A stretch of DNA of 36,407 nucleotides from Candidatus Enterousia sp. Lineage in GTDB: Bacteria > Pseudomonadota > Alphaproteobacteria > Rs-D84. Location: assembly GCA_045614725.1 (NCBI GenBank), contig JAZLDK010000071.1, positions 1 through 36,407 on the forward strand, read 5' to 3'. A model generated the notes under the pieces. That model saw only the letters and a list, made by a program, of their open reading frames with translations, did no database searches and was not told the origin of the DNA. Numbering within the stretch: position 1 is the first letter of the stretch; every line of letters starts with the position of its first letter. The translations under genes and the position numbers were made by a program. Positions 1-7,746 of this stretch are shown here, piece after piece.

Positions 1-36
1 TCGCGAATTGCACAGACAGCACAACCACAGTTATTA

Positions 37-59
37 AAATGCCCACTGGGGCATTTTTT
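37..59 (+). terminator. Rho-independent terminator of a + strand gene lying upstream of the window
   Basis: A 6-8 bp stem (AATGCCC / GGGCATT, loop ACTG) is followed by a T run (54-59). Confidence 0.6.
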
Positions 60-246
60 GTTTGAAACATAAAGGTTTGGCGAGTTCGAAAGTTAAATTT
101 CCATTTTTTATCTCTTCGAATACACTTTCGAACCGCGTATAACGCTCTAAAAACATTCGAACCAACGACAATATTATAAAACCAATCAAAAACCGCTCTA
201 AATACATTATTTATTCAATATGGTTGCGGTGTGTGGGCGAGTAAAA

Positions 247-275
247 TTGCAACAAATCAAAATCTATGATACGAT
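247..275 (+). promoter_or_regulatory. Candidate sigma70 promoter for the GNAT gene (TTGCAA-17-TACGAT)
   Basis: TTGCAA at 247-252, a 17-nt spacer, then TACGAT at 270-275, about 40 nt upstream of the ATG at 314. The -10 element is weak. Confidence 0.3.
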
Positions 276-313
276 ATAATATAGTGATGAAATTTAAGCA
301 AAAGGCAAAAACA

Positions 314-829
314 ATGGATATAAAAATAAGAAACGCTGTTCCAGAAGATGCCAAAGCTATACAAAATATTATTGCCGTTGGTTATAGGCGCTCTTTTGCG
401 TCTTTACATACACCGGAATATTTAGAAAATAAAATTCAAGAATATTTAAGTCCTGCCAGAATAGAAAAAATGGAAAATATTATTCGTAATAAAAATTCCA
501 TAAATATTGTCGCAACAGACCAAGATAATAATGTTGTTGGTTCAATAGGCGGTATGAAAGACGAAAACGGTAATTGGGAATTGATTGCCTTATATGTAGA
601 TGACAAAGTGATAGGCGATATAAAATTTGCACTTAATTTAGTTAAAGAATTTTCAAACCGCATTAAACAAGATGACGCGAACAAATTTACCACAGGAACA
701 TTAACAGGTAGTAGAGTATGCAAATTATACGAGTTATTGGGCGGTAAAAAAATAAAAGAATTCATAAACGAAAAACGCGACAATGTATCAGAAACAGAAT
801 TTGAATTTGATGTAAATAGATTCCTTTAA
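314..829 (+). CDS. GNAT-family N-acetyltransferase (171 aa from the internal ATG)
   Basis: The N-terminus MDIKIRNAVPEDAKAIQNII is a typical GNAT beta1/alpha1 start. A central ...ELIALYVDDKVIGDIKFALNLVKEF region corresponds to GNAT motif A, but its Q/R-x-x-G-x-G/A signature is degenerate. The ORF track starts at 266; ATG 314 fits the family better. The gene is visibly more AT-rich than its neighbours. Confidence 0.6.
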   Translation: MDIKIRNAVPEDAKAIQNIIAVGYRRSFASLHTPEYLENKIQEYLSPARIEKMENIIRNKNSINIVATDQDNNVVGSIGGMKDENGNWELIALYVDDKVIGDIKFALNLVKEFSNRIKQDDANKFTTGTLTGSRVCKLYELLGGKKIKEFINEKRDNVSETEFEFDVNRFL

Positions 830-869
830 TTTAGCCCGAAACTCGCCCAGGCACCCCAACCAATATTCA

Positions 870-900
870 AACGCCCCTTTTTGGGGCGTTTTTTTTATTT
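870..900 (+). terminator. Rho-independent terminator after the GNAT gene
   Basis: An ACGCCCC / GGGGCGT stem (7-8 bp, T-rich loop) is followed by a long T run. Confidence 0.8.
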
Positions 901-921
901 TTTTTTCATTTTGGCAAAACC

Positions 922-1134
922 TTGGATGGTCATGGTTTGGAATTGTTCGAAGATGGTGTGTACTATGGAATAAGACCAAGGGGTGGGGATACATCGGTTA
1001 AAGTATCCATAATTGATGACGGCATGCCGCCGAATAATAGTATGCTGAACGATATCTATAATCCTGCGCAGGATGATTTCTATGACCCGGCACAAGATTT
1101 GCTTATGCAATCTGCGGTTTATGATTTAATGTAA
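922..1134 (+). CDS. Hypothetical small acidic protein (70 aa, TTG start)
   Basis: This is the only sizeable ORF between two strong terminators. It contains a tandem Y-[ND]-P-A-Q-D motif (YNPAQDDFYDPAQD). It has a TTG start, no clear RBS and no recognisable family. Confidence 0.3.
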   Translation: MDGHGLELFEDGVYYGIRPRGGDTSVKVSIIDDGMPPNNSMLNDIYNPAQDDFYDPAQDLLMQSAVYDLM

Positions 1135-1138
1135 AAAA

Positions 1139-1168
1139 ATCCCCCATGAAAAAGTGGGGATTTGTTTG
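1139..1168 (+). terminator. Rho-independent terminator
   Basis: An ATCCCC...GGGGAT stem is followed by TTTGTTTG, directly after the stop codon of ORF 922-1134. Confidence 0.65.
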
Positions 1169-1177
1169 AAAAAACAC

Positions 1178-1205
1178 TTGCAATAATTTTGTTAAAATAT
1201 ATAAT
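1178..1205 (+). promoter_or_regulatory. Sigma70-type promoter of the marR-efflux operon (TTGCAA-16-TATAAT)
   Basis: TTGCAA at 1178-1183, a 16-nt spacer, TATAAT at 1200-1205. An RBS (AGGAGA) lies upstream of the ATG at 1259. Confidence 0.6.
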
Positions 1206-1258
1206 GATTAAGATTTTTAACGATTTTATTAACCAAACCTATTATATAGGAGATAGAA

Positions 1259-1708
1259 ATGGCGCGCAAGGAATTTGTTCGTTTAATGGAAGAAAATATT
1301 TGGACATTGGATAAAATCGCGGAAAAACTGCGCTTGGATCGTGTTGATACAACCGGATATCCGCGTCAACTGATGTCGATTCTGGTGCGTTTGCACAATG
1401 GTGGGCGCGCGCGCCTTAAAGACATTGCGCGTCGCGAACATGTTTCTGCGCCGAATCTGTGTGCGGCGTTTCGCAAACTGGAACACGACGGGTTGGTGGT
1501 GCGTACGATTGATGAAAACGATCGTCGCAACACTTGGTATGCGGTCAGTGAATCCGGCGCGGAATTGGCTAAGCGTGCAATGGATTTATTCCGTGAAGGT
1601 GTTGAAAAAGTATTTGCCGGTATTTCGCGTGCGGACGAAGCGCGCCTGACGGATGCGTTGCGTACAATGCACGATATTTTAAAGAATGTGGAGTTGAATA
1701 ATGATTAA
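1259..1708 (+). CDS. MarR-family transcriptional regulator
   Basis: 149 aa with a winged-HTH pattern (LKDIARREHVSAPNLCAAFRKLEHDGLVVRTIDENDRRNTWYAVSESG) typical of MarR. Its stop overlaps the start of the next gene (ATGATTAA), so it is the first gene of the efflux operon. Confidence 0.85.
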   Translation: MARKEFVRLMEENIWTLDKIAEKLRLDRVDTTGYPRQLMSILVRLHNGGRARLKDIARREHVSAPNLCAAFRKLEHDGLVVRTIDENDRRNTWYAVSESGAELAKRAMDLFREGVEKVFAGISRADEARLTDALRTMHDILKNVELNND

Positions 1709-3032
1709 GTCTAAATGGTTGTCCGGGGTTTTGGCGGCATGTGCGTCTGTTTTTGCGATGCCTTCCTATGCGTTGGATTTGTCGCTGGACGATGCGGTAT
1801 CAAAAATTGTTGCCCAGTCCCAGGATGTAAAGAAAGCGGATGCAAACATTAAAAAGGCCCAGGCTTCGCTTGATGCGGTTAACGCCAATCGTTGGTTTAA
1901 TATCGAAGCCACCGCATCGTATATGAATATGGTTAATGTGGAAAATCCATCTGAGTCCAAGACGATTGACCTGCCACCTGCATTGGGTGGTCTGATATCT
2001 GAATCATTAAAGGACACATCGATTAGTTTCGAGATGCCTGATAATATTTTCATGGCGGGCGTATCGATTACCCAGCCTATTTATACCTTTGGCAAAATTG
2101 GCAATGCGGTTAAATCTGTGCGTTCGGCAATCAAGATGGCGGATGCTTCGCATGAAATGACCCTGCGCGAGGTTCGCTATGCTGCCGCCGATTTGTATTG
2201 GACCGCCAAGATGACCGAAGAAATAGTTGTCCTGTCCAAGAATGATTTGAACAATGCGCGCGCTGCGAAAAAGAAACTGACCGCGGCCGGTCGTGCAAAC
2301 CGCAGCAATTTGCTGAAAATCGAATCTGATATTGCAACCAAAGAAATTAATTTGTCGGATGCGGAATTTAATCGCGATACAGCCCACAGAATGTTAAAAA
2401 TCATGGCCGGTATTGACATGGAAGAATCCTTGAGCCTGACGGATAATTTTCCAACCGCGTTCGCGGCGCTGGATGCGGGTGAATTAAATTCCACGCCTGA
2501 ATGGGACATCTTGAACGAACAGATTATTATGTACGAGCGTTCGGCCCGTTCCAAGCGCGCGGGTGCTTTTCCAACCTTGGCGGCGACCGCATCATATAAC
2601 TATTATTCCATGGCATCGGATGCGGGGCATATGTTTGATGAAAAGGGTTCTCAGTCTGCGAACTGGGGATTGGCATTACAGGTCCCTGTTTTCAGTGGTG
2701 GCCTAAATCGCGCCAATGCCACCATCGAGGCCATGAATGCCGAGGTCGCCCGTCAGGATTTAGACAAGTCTAAAAAAATAACAACCGAAAAATATGACAA
2801 CGCGATTAAGCAATATGACCATCTGCGTGGCAATTTAAAGTCGTTGGAAAATGCGCGCAATTTGGCGGCCAAGACCTATGATTTGTCCCAGAATCGTTTT
2901 GCTTCGGGGCAAACATCTGCGGTTGAATTGGCGGATGTTGCAGCGGGCCTGTATCAGTTGGATGTGGCGTTGCTGAACACTAAATACAGGGCGTTAATGT
3001 CTGCGGAAATGGTAAAGAAGTTAGGTGAATAA
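1701..3032 (+). CDS. TolC-family outer-membrane efflux protein (OMF)
   Basis: 443 aa with a signal peptide (...VFAMPSYA/LD). The N-terminus LSLDDAVSKIVAQSQDVKKADANIKKAQ is typical of the OEP/TolC family. There are two repeated halves, and the operon context is with an adaptor and an RND pump. Confidence 0.85.
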   Translation: MIKSKWLSGVLAACASVFAMPSYALDLSLDDAVSKIVAQSQDVKKADANIKKAQASLDAVNANRWFNIEATASYMNMVNVENPSESKTIDLPPALGGLISESLKDTSISFEMPDNIFMAGVSITQPIYTFGKIGNAVKSVRSAIKMADASHEMTLREVRYAAADLYWTAKMTEEIVVLSKNDLNNARAAKKKLTAAGRANRSNLLKIESDIATKEINLSDAEFNRDTAHRMLKIMAGIDMEESLSLTDNFPTAFAALDAGELNSTPEWDILNEQIIMYERSARSKRAGAFPTLAATASYNYYSMASDAGHMFDEKGSQSANWGLALQVPVFSGGLNRANATIEAMNAEVARQDLDKSKKITTEKYDNAIKQYDHLRGNLKSLENARNLAAKTYDLSQNRFASGQTSAVELADVAAGLYQLDVALLNTKYRALMSAEMVKKLGE

Positions 3033-3033
3033 A

Positions 3034-3633
3034 ATGGAAAAAATACAGCAAACAATTAAAACAAGAAAATTTAAGCACATTATGTTTTGTGCGTTGGCAC
3101 TGATAATTATCGGTTGGGTCGTGTTTCGCTTTGCGGCGGTTGCATCTGAAAATGCGCGCTATGTATTTAATGCATCACGTGTTGCGGCCGATGTTGGTGC
3201 GCCGGTTCAGGTCCTGGAATTATCGCGCTCAGACGGCGTGTTATATGAACCAATTGCGGTGCGGAATAATCGCGCCTATGTCGCCGGTGAAACCGTATCT
3301 AAATTCAAGGCTGGCCAGAAAGTAGGCAACGGTAAAATTGTTTCTGTATCGTCTGATTTGGATTTGGATACAGGCATGTTTGTAATTCGTACGCGTGGTG
3401 TCGCGGATGGTTTGCATTTTGCAGAATTTTCCGCACGTGGTCATTTTGTTCCTGTCTATGCGGTGCATAATGACACGGTTATGGTTGTGCACGACGGTGT
3501 GGCGCATGCGCGTTCCGTGACGGTTGCGCGTCAGGATTCAGACAACGCGTATATCACTTCGGGATTAAATGACGGCGACATTGTTATTTTGTCCAAGGTC
3601 GATGCTGGCAACAAAGTTCAAATCAAGAAATAA
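3034..3633 (+). CDS. Unusually short periplasmic adaptor (membrane-fusion protein)-like subunit (199 aa)
   Basis: It sits between the OMF and RND genes. It has one N-terminal TM helix (IMFCALALIIIGWVVFRF) followed by a beta-rich sequence ending ...VTVARQDSDNAYITSGLNDGDIVILSKVD, which resembles MFP beta-barrel and membrane-proximal regions. No long coiled-coil hairpin is visible. ATG 3034 (RBS AGGTGA) is preferred over the GTG at 3025. Confidence 0.6.
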   Translation: MEKIQQTIKTRKFKHIMFCALALIIIGWVVFRFAAVASENARYVFNASRVAADVGAPVQVLELSRSDGVLYEPIAVRNNRAYVAGETVSKFKAGQKVGNGKIVSVSSDLDLDTGMFVIRTRGVADGLHFAEFSARGHFVPVYAVHNDTVMVVHDGVAHARSVTVARQDSDNAYITSGLNDGDIVILSKVDAGNKVQIKK

Positions 3634-3651
3634 GGCAAGGGGGGATTGGCT

Positions 3652-6600
3652 ATGTTAAAGTTTTTTGTTCGTCGTCCAATTACGACAATTATGTTTGTTT
3701 TATTCTGGGTTGTGTTGGGATTTTATTCGTTCCCAAACATGAATGTGGAACGCACACCCTCGATTGATTTTCCTATGGTGACGGCGACCTTTATATATCC
3801 TGGTGCTGCGCCTGCGGAACTTGAATCCCAGGTAATTAAAAAAGCCGAAGACGCGATGTCTGAAGTTGCCGAATTAAAGTCCATTAAATCATATGTCTAT
3901 GAAAACAGTGGCATGGTTATGGCGGAATTTAATTTGGGTGTAAATGTTAATGATAAATCGACCGAAATTAAGACAAAACTTGATGCGTTGATGTCCGAAT
4001 TCCCCACGGACATGGAACAGCCAATTGTTGAAAAATTAAATCCTTTGCAGGAATCTGTGTTGGATATCGTTTTGCGTGGTGGTGATGCGCGCGAAATGGA
4101 AGAATACGTGGATAATGTTTTATCCAATAAAATCACCGCGATTAATGGTGTGGCCAGTGTATCTGTATTCGGTGGCCGTCAGCGCGCAATTCGCGTTCAG
4201 TTAAATCCTGACCAGATGGCGGCGCGTGGTGTGACCATTATGGATGTTGTTTCCGCCATGGGCAGTCATAACTTAAATGTCCCCGGGGGCAAGATAGAAA
4301 CAACCCAGAATTCATCCAATGTTCGTTTTATTGGTGAATTTGCATCTGTGGAAGAAATTGCCAATTTGCACATGACAACGGTCGAAGGTCAAAACTTTAA
4401 GTTGTCTGATATCGCGACTGTTTCTGATGCTGCGTTGGATATTGAAAACGGTGCGCGCTATAATGGTGAAGATGTTGTTATTGCATCTGTTGTAAAATCA
4501 TCGGACGGTAATGCAATCAAGATTTCAAACACAATTCGCGACCGCATGCCATCATTGACAGCTGATTTGAAATCGCGTTTTCCAAATGCCGAAATGATGA
4601 TAGTGGCGGATTCTTCGACCAGTATATCTGATGAAACAGATGGTACAATTAATGGTATTGTTCTGGGTGTTATATTTACTGTTTTGGTATTGTTGGCTTT
4701 TACACGCAATTGGCGTTCGACCATTATTGCGGGTGTTGTGATTCCTGCATCTTTGATTGCTGGTTTCTTCTTTATGGATTTTTCGAACTTTACGATTAAC
4801 GCGATGACATTGTTGGCATATTCGTCCGCGTTGGGTACATTGGTTTCGAATGCGATTATTCTGATTGAATCAGCATTACAGGAAATGCATGCCGGCAAAA
4901 CACCCGAAGATGCCGCCATTGACGGAACCAAAAAGGTCGCCGTATCTGTATTGGCGGGTGTTGGAACCAATGTTGTGGTGTTCTTGCCTTTGGCGTTTAT
5001 GAGTGGTATCGTCGGTCAATTCATGGTTCAGTTTGGTATGACGGTTGTGTATTTGACATTGCTGTCTTTGTTGTTCTCGTTCACACTGACACCTATGATG
5101 ATTGCCAAGATTTTGCGCCTGACCGGTGTTAAAAAGTCGCGCGCAAAACCGGTAAAAGTATCCACCACGCAACGCGAAGAATCATGGTTGCGTCGTTGGT
5201 TTAATTATCAGGTTGCGCATCCTTGGCGCGTGGTTGGCTTAATGGCGGCGGTGTTCTTGGTATCGACCCAGTTGATGAAATTTGTTGGAAATGAATTTCA
5301 GCCATCAACCGATGCAAACGAAATCACAATTACGGCGCGCGCACCTATGGGGGCGACATATGAAAAGTCCGCCGCAATTGTAAAGCAGATTGAACAGCGT
5401 TTATCGGCATTCCCAGAAATAAAATCAACAACTGTGAAAATTGGTGAACGCGGTCTGCAAAACATTACGGTTGTAATTGAATTGGTTGATGTTTCCGAAC
5501 GCAATATATCGGATAAAATGTTGACCCAGAAAATATTGCCAACACTGGCCGATATTTCCGATGTCGAAATTACCATCCGTGCTGGCGAGGCTCGTTCTGC
5601 CGGATTAACCGCGGACCTGGTGCTGAATGTATTTGGTCCAGATGATGCAAAACGCGAAGCATACGCGGCCCAGATTATTGACATGGCAAACCAGATACCA
5701 GAAGTTCAATCCGCCATTCGTGCCCAGCAGGTTCCGGCCCTTGAAACCCAGTTTGTTCCCGATCAGGAAAAAATGAATTTCTGGGGTGTGCAAAATTCGT
5801 ACGCGGGTGCGACATTGCGTGCCGCCCTGTACGGTAATGATGACTTTAAGTACAAAGAAGCCGGCGAAGAATATCCAATTTTGTTGGAATTTGCGCGCCC
5901 ATTCAAAAACGCATCTTTGTTTGATGTGGTCTATGTAAATTCACAAAAGGGTATGGTTCCACTGTCGTCACTTGGCGCGGTTAAACAGGTTCCTGCAACG
6001 CCTGATATTCGTCGCGAAGATAAAAATCGTTTGACCGAAGTTGATATCAATATTGGTAAATCAACCATGGGTGTTGTTCAGGCAAAAATCCAAAACGAAT
6101 TGGATAAAATGCAGTGGGAAAACGGATACTATGCCAAGTTTGGTGGTTCGTCTGAATACCAGGCCGAAGCTGCCACGGAAATCGGTCGTGCGTTCTTGCT
6201 GGCAACTGTTTTGACATATATGTTGTTGGCTGCGATTATGAATTCTTTGGCGCATCCACTTACGATTGCGACATCTATTTTGACCAGTTTTACAGGCGTG
6301 TTTGCGTTAATGTTCTTGTCGGGCGCGACAATGAATATTGGTGCGATGTTGGCGTTTGTTATGTTGGTTGGATTGGTGGTTAATAACAATATTTTGGTGT
6401 TGGAACCAACGATTAGCCGAATTCGTGATGGCGAATCCGCATCTGACGCACTGTGGACCGAATTGACCGATAAAAAGAACATGGTGCTGATGACATCAAT
6501 CGCGGTTATCGCGGGTATGGTGCCCCAGTTGTGGTCTATTGACGGTATGAAGGTCGCAATGGGTGCGGTTTTGATTGGTGGTATGTTCGCAAGTCTTGTG

Positions 6601-6675
6601 TTTACATTCACACTGACACCTGCGTTGTTCCTGTTAATGGAACGCGCGCGTCAAAAACTGAAACGCAAAAAATAA
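3652..6675 (+). CDS. RND-family efflux transporter permease (AcrB/AcrD/AcrF superfamily)
   Basis: 1007 aa. The N-terminus MLKFFVRRPITTIMF matches the AcrB-type start. The layout is 12 TM helices plus two large periplasmic loops, with a duplicated TM bundle. ATG 3652 (G-rich RBS at 3636-3644) is preferred over the TTG at 3646. Confidence 0.9.
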   Translation: MLKFFVRRPITTIMFVLFWVVLGFYSFPNMNVERTPSIDFPMVTATFIYPGAAPAELESQVIKKAEDAMSEVAELKSIKSYVYENSGMVMAEFNLGVNVNDKSTEIKTKLDALMSEFPTDMEQPIVEKLNPLQESVLDIVLRGGDAREMEEYVDNVLSNKITAINGVASVSVFGGRQRAIRVQLNPDQMAARGVTIMDVVSAMGSHNLNVPGGKIETTQNSSNVRFIGEFASVEEIANLHMTTVEGQNFKLSDIATVSDAALDIENGARYNGEDVVIASVVKSSDGNAIKISNTIRDRMPSLTADLKSRFPNAEMMIVADSSTSISDETDGTINGIVLGVIFTVLVLLAFTRNWRSTIIAGVVIPASLIAGFFFMDFSNFTINAMTLLAYSSALGTLVSNAIILIESALQEMHAGKTPEDAAIDGTKKVAVSVLAGVGTNVVVFLPLAFMSGIVGQFMVQFGMTVVYLTLLSLLFSFTLTPMMIAKILRLTGVKKSRAKPVKVSTTQREESWLRRWFNYQVAHPWRVVGLMAAVFLVSTQLMKFVGNEFQPSTDANEITITARAPMGATYEKSAAIVKQIEQRLSAFPEIKSTTVKIGERGLQNITVVIELVDVSERNISDKMLTQKILPTLADISDVEITIRAGEARSAGLTADLVLNVFGPDDAKREAYAAQIIDMANQIPEVQSAIRAQQVPALETQFVPDQEKMNFWGVQNSYAGATLRAALYGNDDFKYKEAGEEYPILLEFARPFKNASLFDVVYVNSQKGMVPLSSLGAVKQVPATPDIRREDKNRLTEVDINIGKSTMGVVQAKIQNELDKMQWENGYYAKFGGSSEYQAEAATEIGRAFLLATVLTYMLLAAIMNSLAHPLTIATSILTSFTGVFALMFLSGATMNIGAMLAFVMLVGLVVNNNILVLEPTISRIRDGESASDALWTELTDKKNMVLMTSIAVIAGMVPQLWSIDGMKVAMGAVLIGGMFASLVFTFTLTPALFLLMERARQKLKRKK

Positions 6676-6682
6676 AAATAAT

Positions 6683-6706
6683 CCCGCCATCTGGCGGGTT
6701 TTGTTT
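6683..6706 (+). terminator. Rho-independent terminator of the efflux operon
   Basis: A CCCGCC / GGCGGG stem (loop ATCT) is followed by TTTTGTTT. Confidence 0.8.
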
Positions 6707-6716
6707 CAGATATAAT

Positions 6717-6745
6717 TTGCGAATATAAAAAAACTTGTTTATAAT
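6717..6745 (+). promoter_or_regulatory. Sigma70-type promoter (TTGCGA-17-TATAAT) for the HAD hydrolase gene
   Basis: TTGCGA at 6717-6722, a 17-nt spacer, TATAAT at 6740-6745. An RBS (AAAGGA) lies before the ATG at 6776. Confidence 0.55.
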
Positions 6746-6775
6746 CTGGGCAAGTTATTAAAAGGATTAAAATCT

Positions 6776-7378
6776 ATGTTAAAGAAAACAGAAGTTGTAT
6801 TGTTTGATTTTGATGGCACTTTGTCCGCATGTGATTCAAATGTAGAATTTGCAAAATATTGTTTCCGTCATTCGTTGCGCCCATGGTTGTTTTTGCCACT
6901 GATGGCGATTTGTGGCGTTGTTCGTTGGGTTCGTCCAGACGGCGTTTGGTGGCGCGAAAATATTCGTCGCTTTATGACACCACAAATGGTCAAGAAATTT
7001 GCCCCCGCATTTATTAAACAGCACAAGCGTGAACGCTTTGGGTGGGCCAAGGAACGCGTTCAGTCTGAACGTGATGCCGGTCGCAAGGTTTTGATGATTT
7101 CGGCCAGTCCTGATTACTTGTTGCCATACTTGGTCCGCGACATGAAATTTGATGCGGTTTTTTGTTCGGTTATGGACAAGAAAAAGCCATGGCGTTATGA
7201 ATTTTTATGCTGGGGCCGGAACAAGGTTTATAAAATGGATGAATGGGCCAAAGAAAACAAAATGATTCCACATGTTGTTCGCGCCTATTCGGACAGTAAA
7301 TCTGATTTGCCCATGATGGAAATCGCGGACGAACAGGTCTGGATTGATAAAAAAACCGGCATGCGAAAAGAAGCCTAG
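6776..7378 (+). CDS. HAD-superfamily hydrolase (subfamily IB/IF-like, possibly YfhB/PgpC-like phosphatase)
   Basis: Motif I is LFDFDGTL and motif IV is YSDSKSDLPMM. A hydrophobic segment (LRPWLFLPLMAICGVVRWV) follows motif I, as in the membrane-associated E. coli YfhB/PgpC-type HAD proteins. The specific substrate is not inferable. Confidence 0.65.
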   Translation: MLKKTEVVLFDFDGTLSACDSNVEFAKYCFRHSLRPWLFLPLMAICGVVRWVRPDGVWWRENIRRFMTPQMVKKFAPAFIKQHKRERFGWAKERVQSERDAGRKVLMISASPDYLLPYLVRDMKFDAVFCSVMDKKKPWRYEFLCWGRNKVYKMDEWAKENKMIPHVVRAYSDSKSDLPMMEIADEQVWIDKKTGMRKEA

Positions 7379-7401
7379 TGCGTATTTTTGCATAAGATGT
7401 T

Positions 7402-7439
7402 AAAGTGTTTCTATGGCCCTCATAGAGACACTTTTTGAT
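7402..7439 (+). terminator. Strong hairpin plus T run after the HAD gene; it also sequesters the ATG of the next ORF
   Basis: A 14-bp stem (7402-7415 pairs with 7421-7434, one G-U pair, loop GCCCT) is followed by TTTTT. The ATG at 7413-7415 lies inside the 5' arm. Confidence 0.7.
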
Positions 7440-7673
7440 TTATTAAGTGCGACCGCCGGTGCGATACTTGGCGTGTTGTTTGGATTTTTTTTGAATCGCA
7501 AAAGTCGCCGTAAAATGGCCAGTCAGGTTGTGCTTAGCAAACAAGAATTAAACAAAATTAAACTTGAAAACGAGTCTTTGTTAAAACGCGTTCAGGACAA
7601 AGAAAACATGATTCTTGAATTGCAAATGCACATTCTGGGCAAAGACTCACCCAAGCGAAAATCAAAAAAATAA
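7413..7673 (+). CDS. Hypothetical small membrane-anchored coiled-coil protein (86 aa)
   Basis: An N-terminal hydrophobic helix (SATAGAILGVLFGFFL) is followed by a basic patch (NRKSRRK) and a leucine-heptad segment (LSKQELNKIKLENESLLKRVQDKENMILELQMHIL). There is no RBS, and the start codon is buried in a terminator stem, so expression and start are uncertain. Confidence 0.4.
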   Translation: MALIETLFDLLSATAGAILGVLFGFFLNRKSRRKMASQVVLSKQELNKIKLENESLLKRVQDKENMILELQMHILGKDSPKRKSKK

Positions 7674-7694
7674 TTTTTGAAATAAAAAACAATC

Positions 7695-7722
7695 TTGCAA
7701 TATCTATGTATGGTGCTATAAT
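7695..7722 (+). promoter_or_regulatory. Sigma70-type promoter (TTGCAA-16-TATAAT) for the Cys-rich protein / nucleotidyltransferase pair
   Basis: TTGCAA at 7695-7700, a 16-nt spacer, TATAAT at 7717-7722. It is followed by a small 5'-UTR hairpin (CGTGT GAA ACACG) and an RBS (GGGGGAAAG) before the ATG at 7747. Confidence 0.6.
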
Positions 7723-7746
7723 CCTCGTGTGAAACACGGGGGAAAG

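Noticed and set aside
150-260. A possible tmRNA tag-like reading (…ACC AAC GAC AAT… = T-N-D-N, reminiscent of the alphaproteobacterial ANDN tag start)
   Set aside because: The frame does not end in the hydrophobic ...AA degradation tag. No tRNA-like acceptor or T-arm, or GGGG...CCA ends, flank it. It is most likely chance.
1398-1649. An 83-aa alternative-frame + ORF inside marR, and the 64-aa ORF at 3131-3325 inside the adaptor gene
   Set aside because: Both are out-of-frame overlaps within genes that have good family or context support. They are Arg/Cys/Trp-rich, which is typical of off-frame translation.
4458-6611. Several 100-170-aa minus-strand ORFs inside the RND pump gene (for example 4458-4970 and 6129-6611); similar ORFs occur inside rpoB, rpoC, yidC and pyk
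   Set aside because: All lie fully within, and antisense or out of frame to, long ORFs with clear family signatures. None has an RBS or a recognisable motif.
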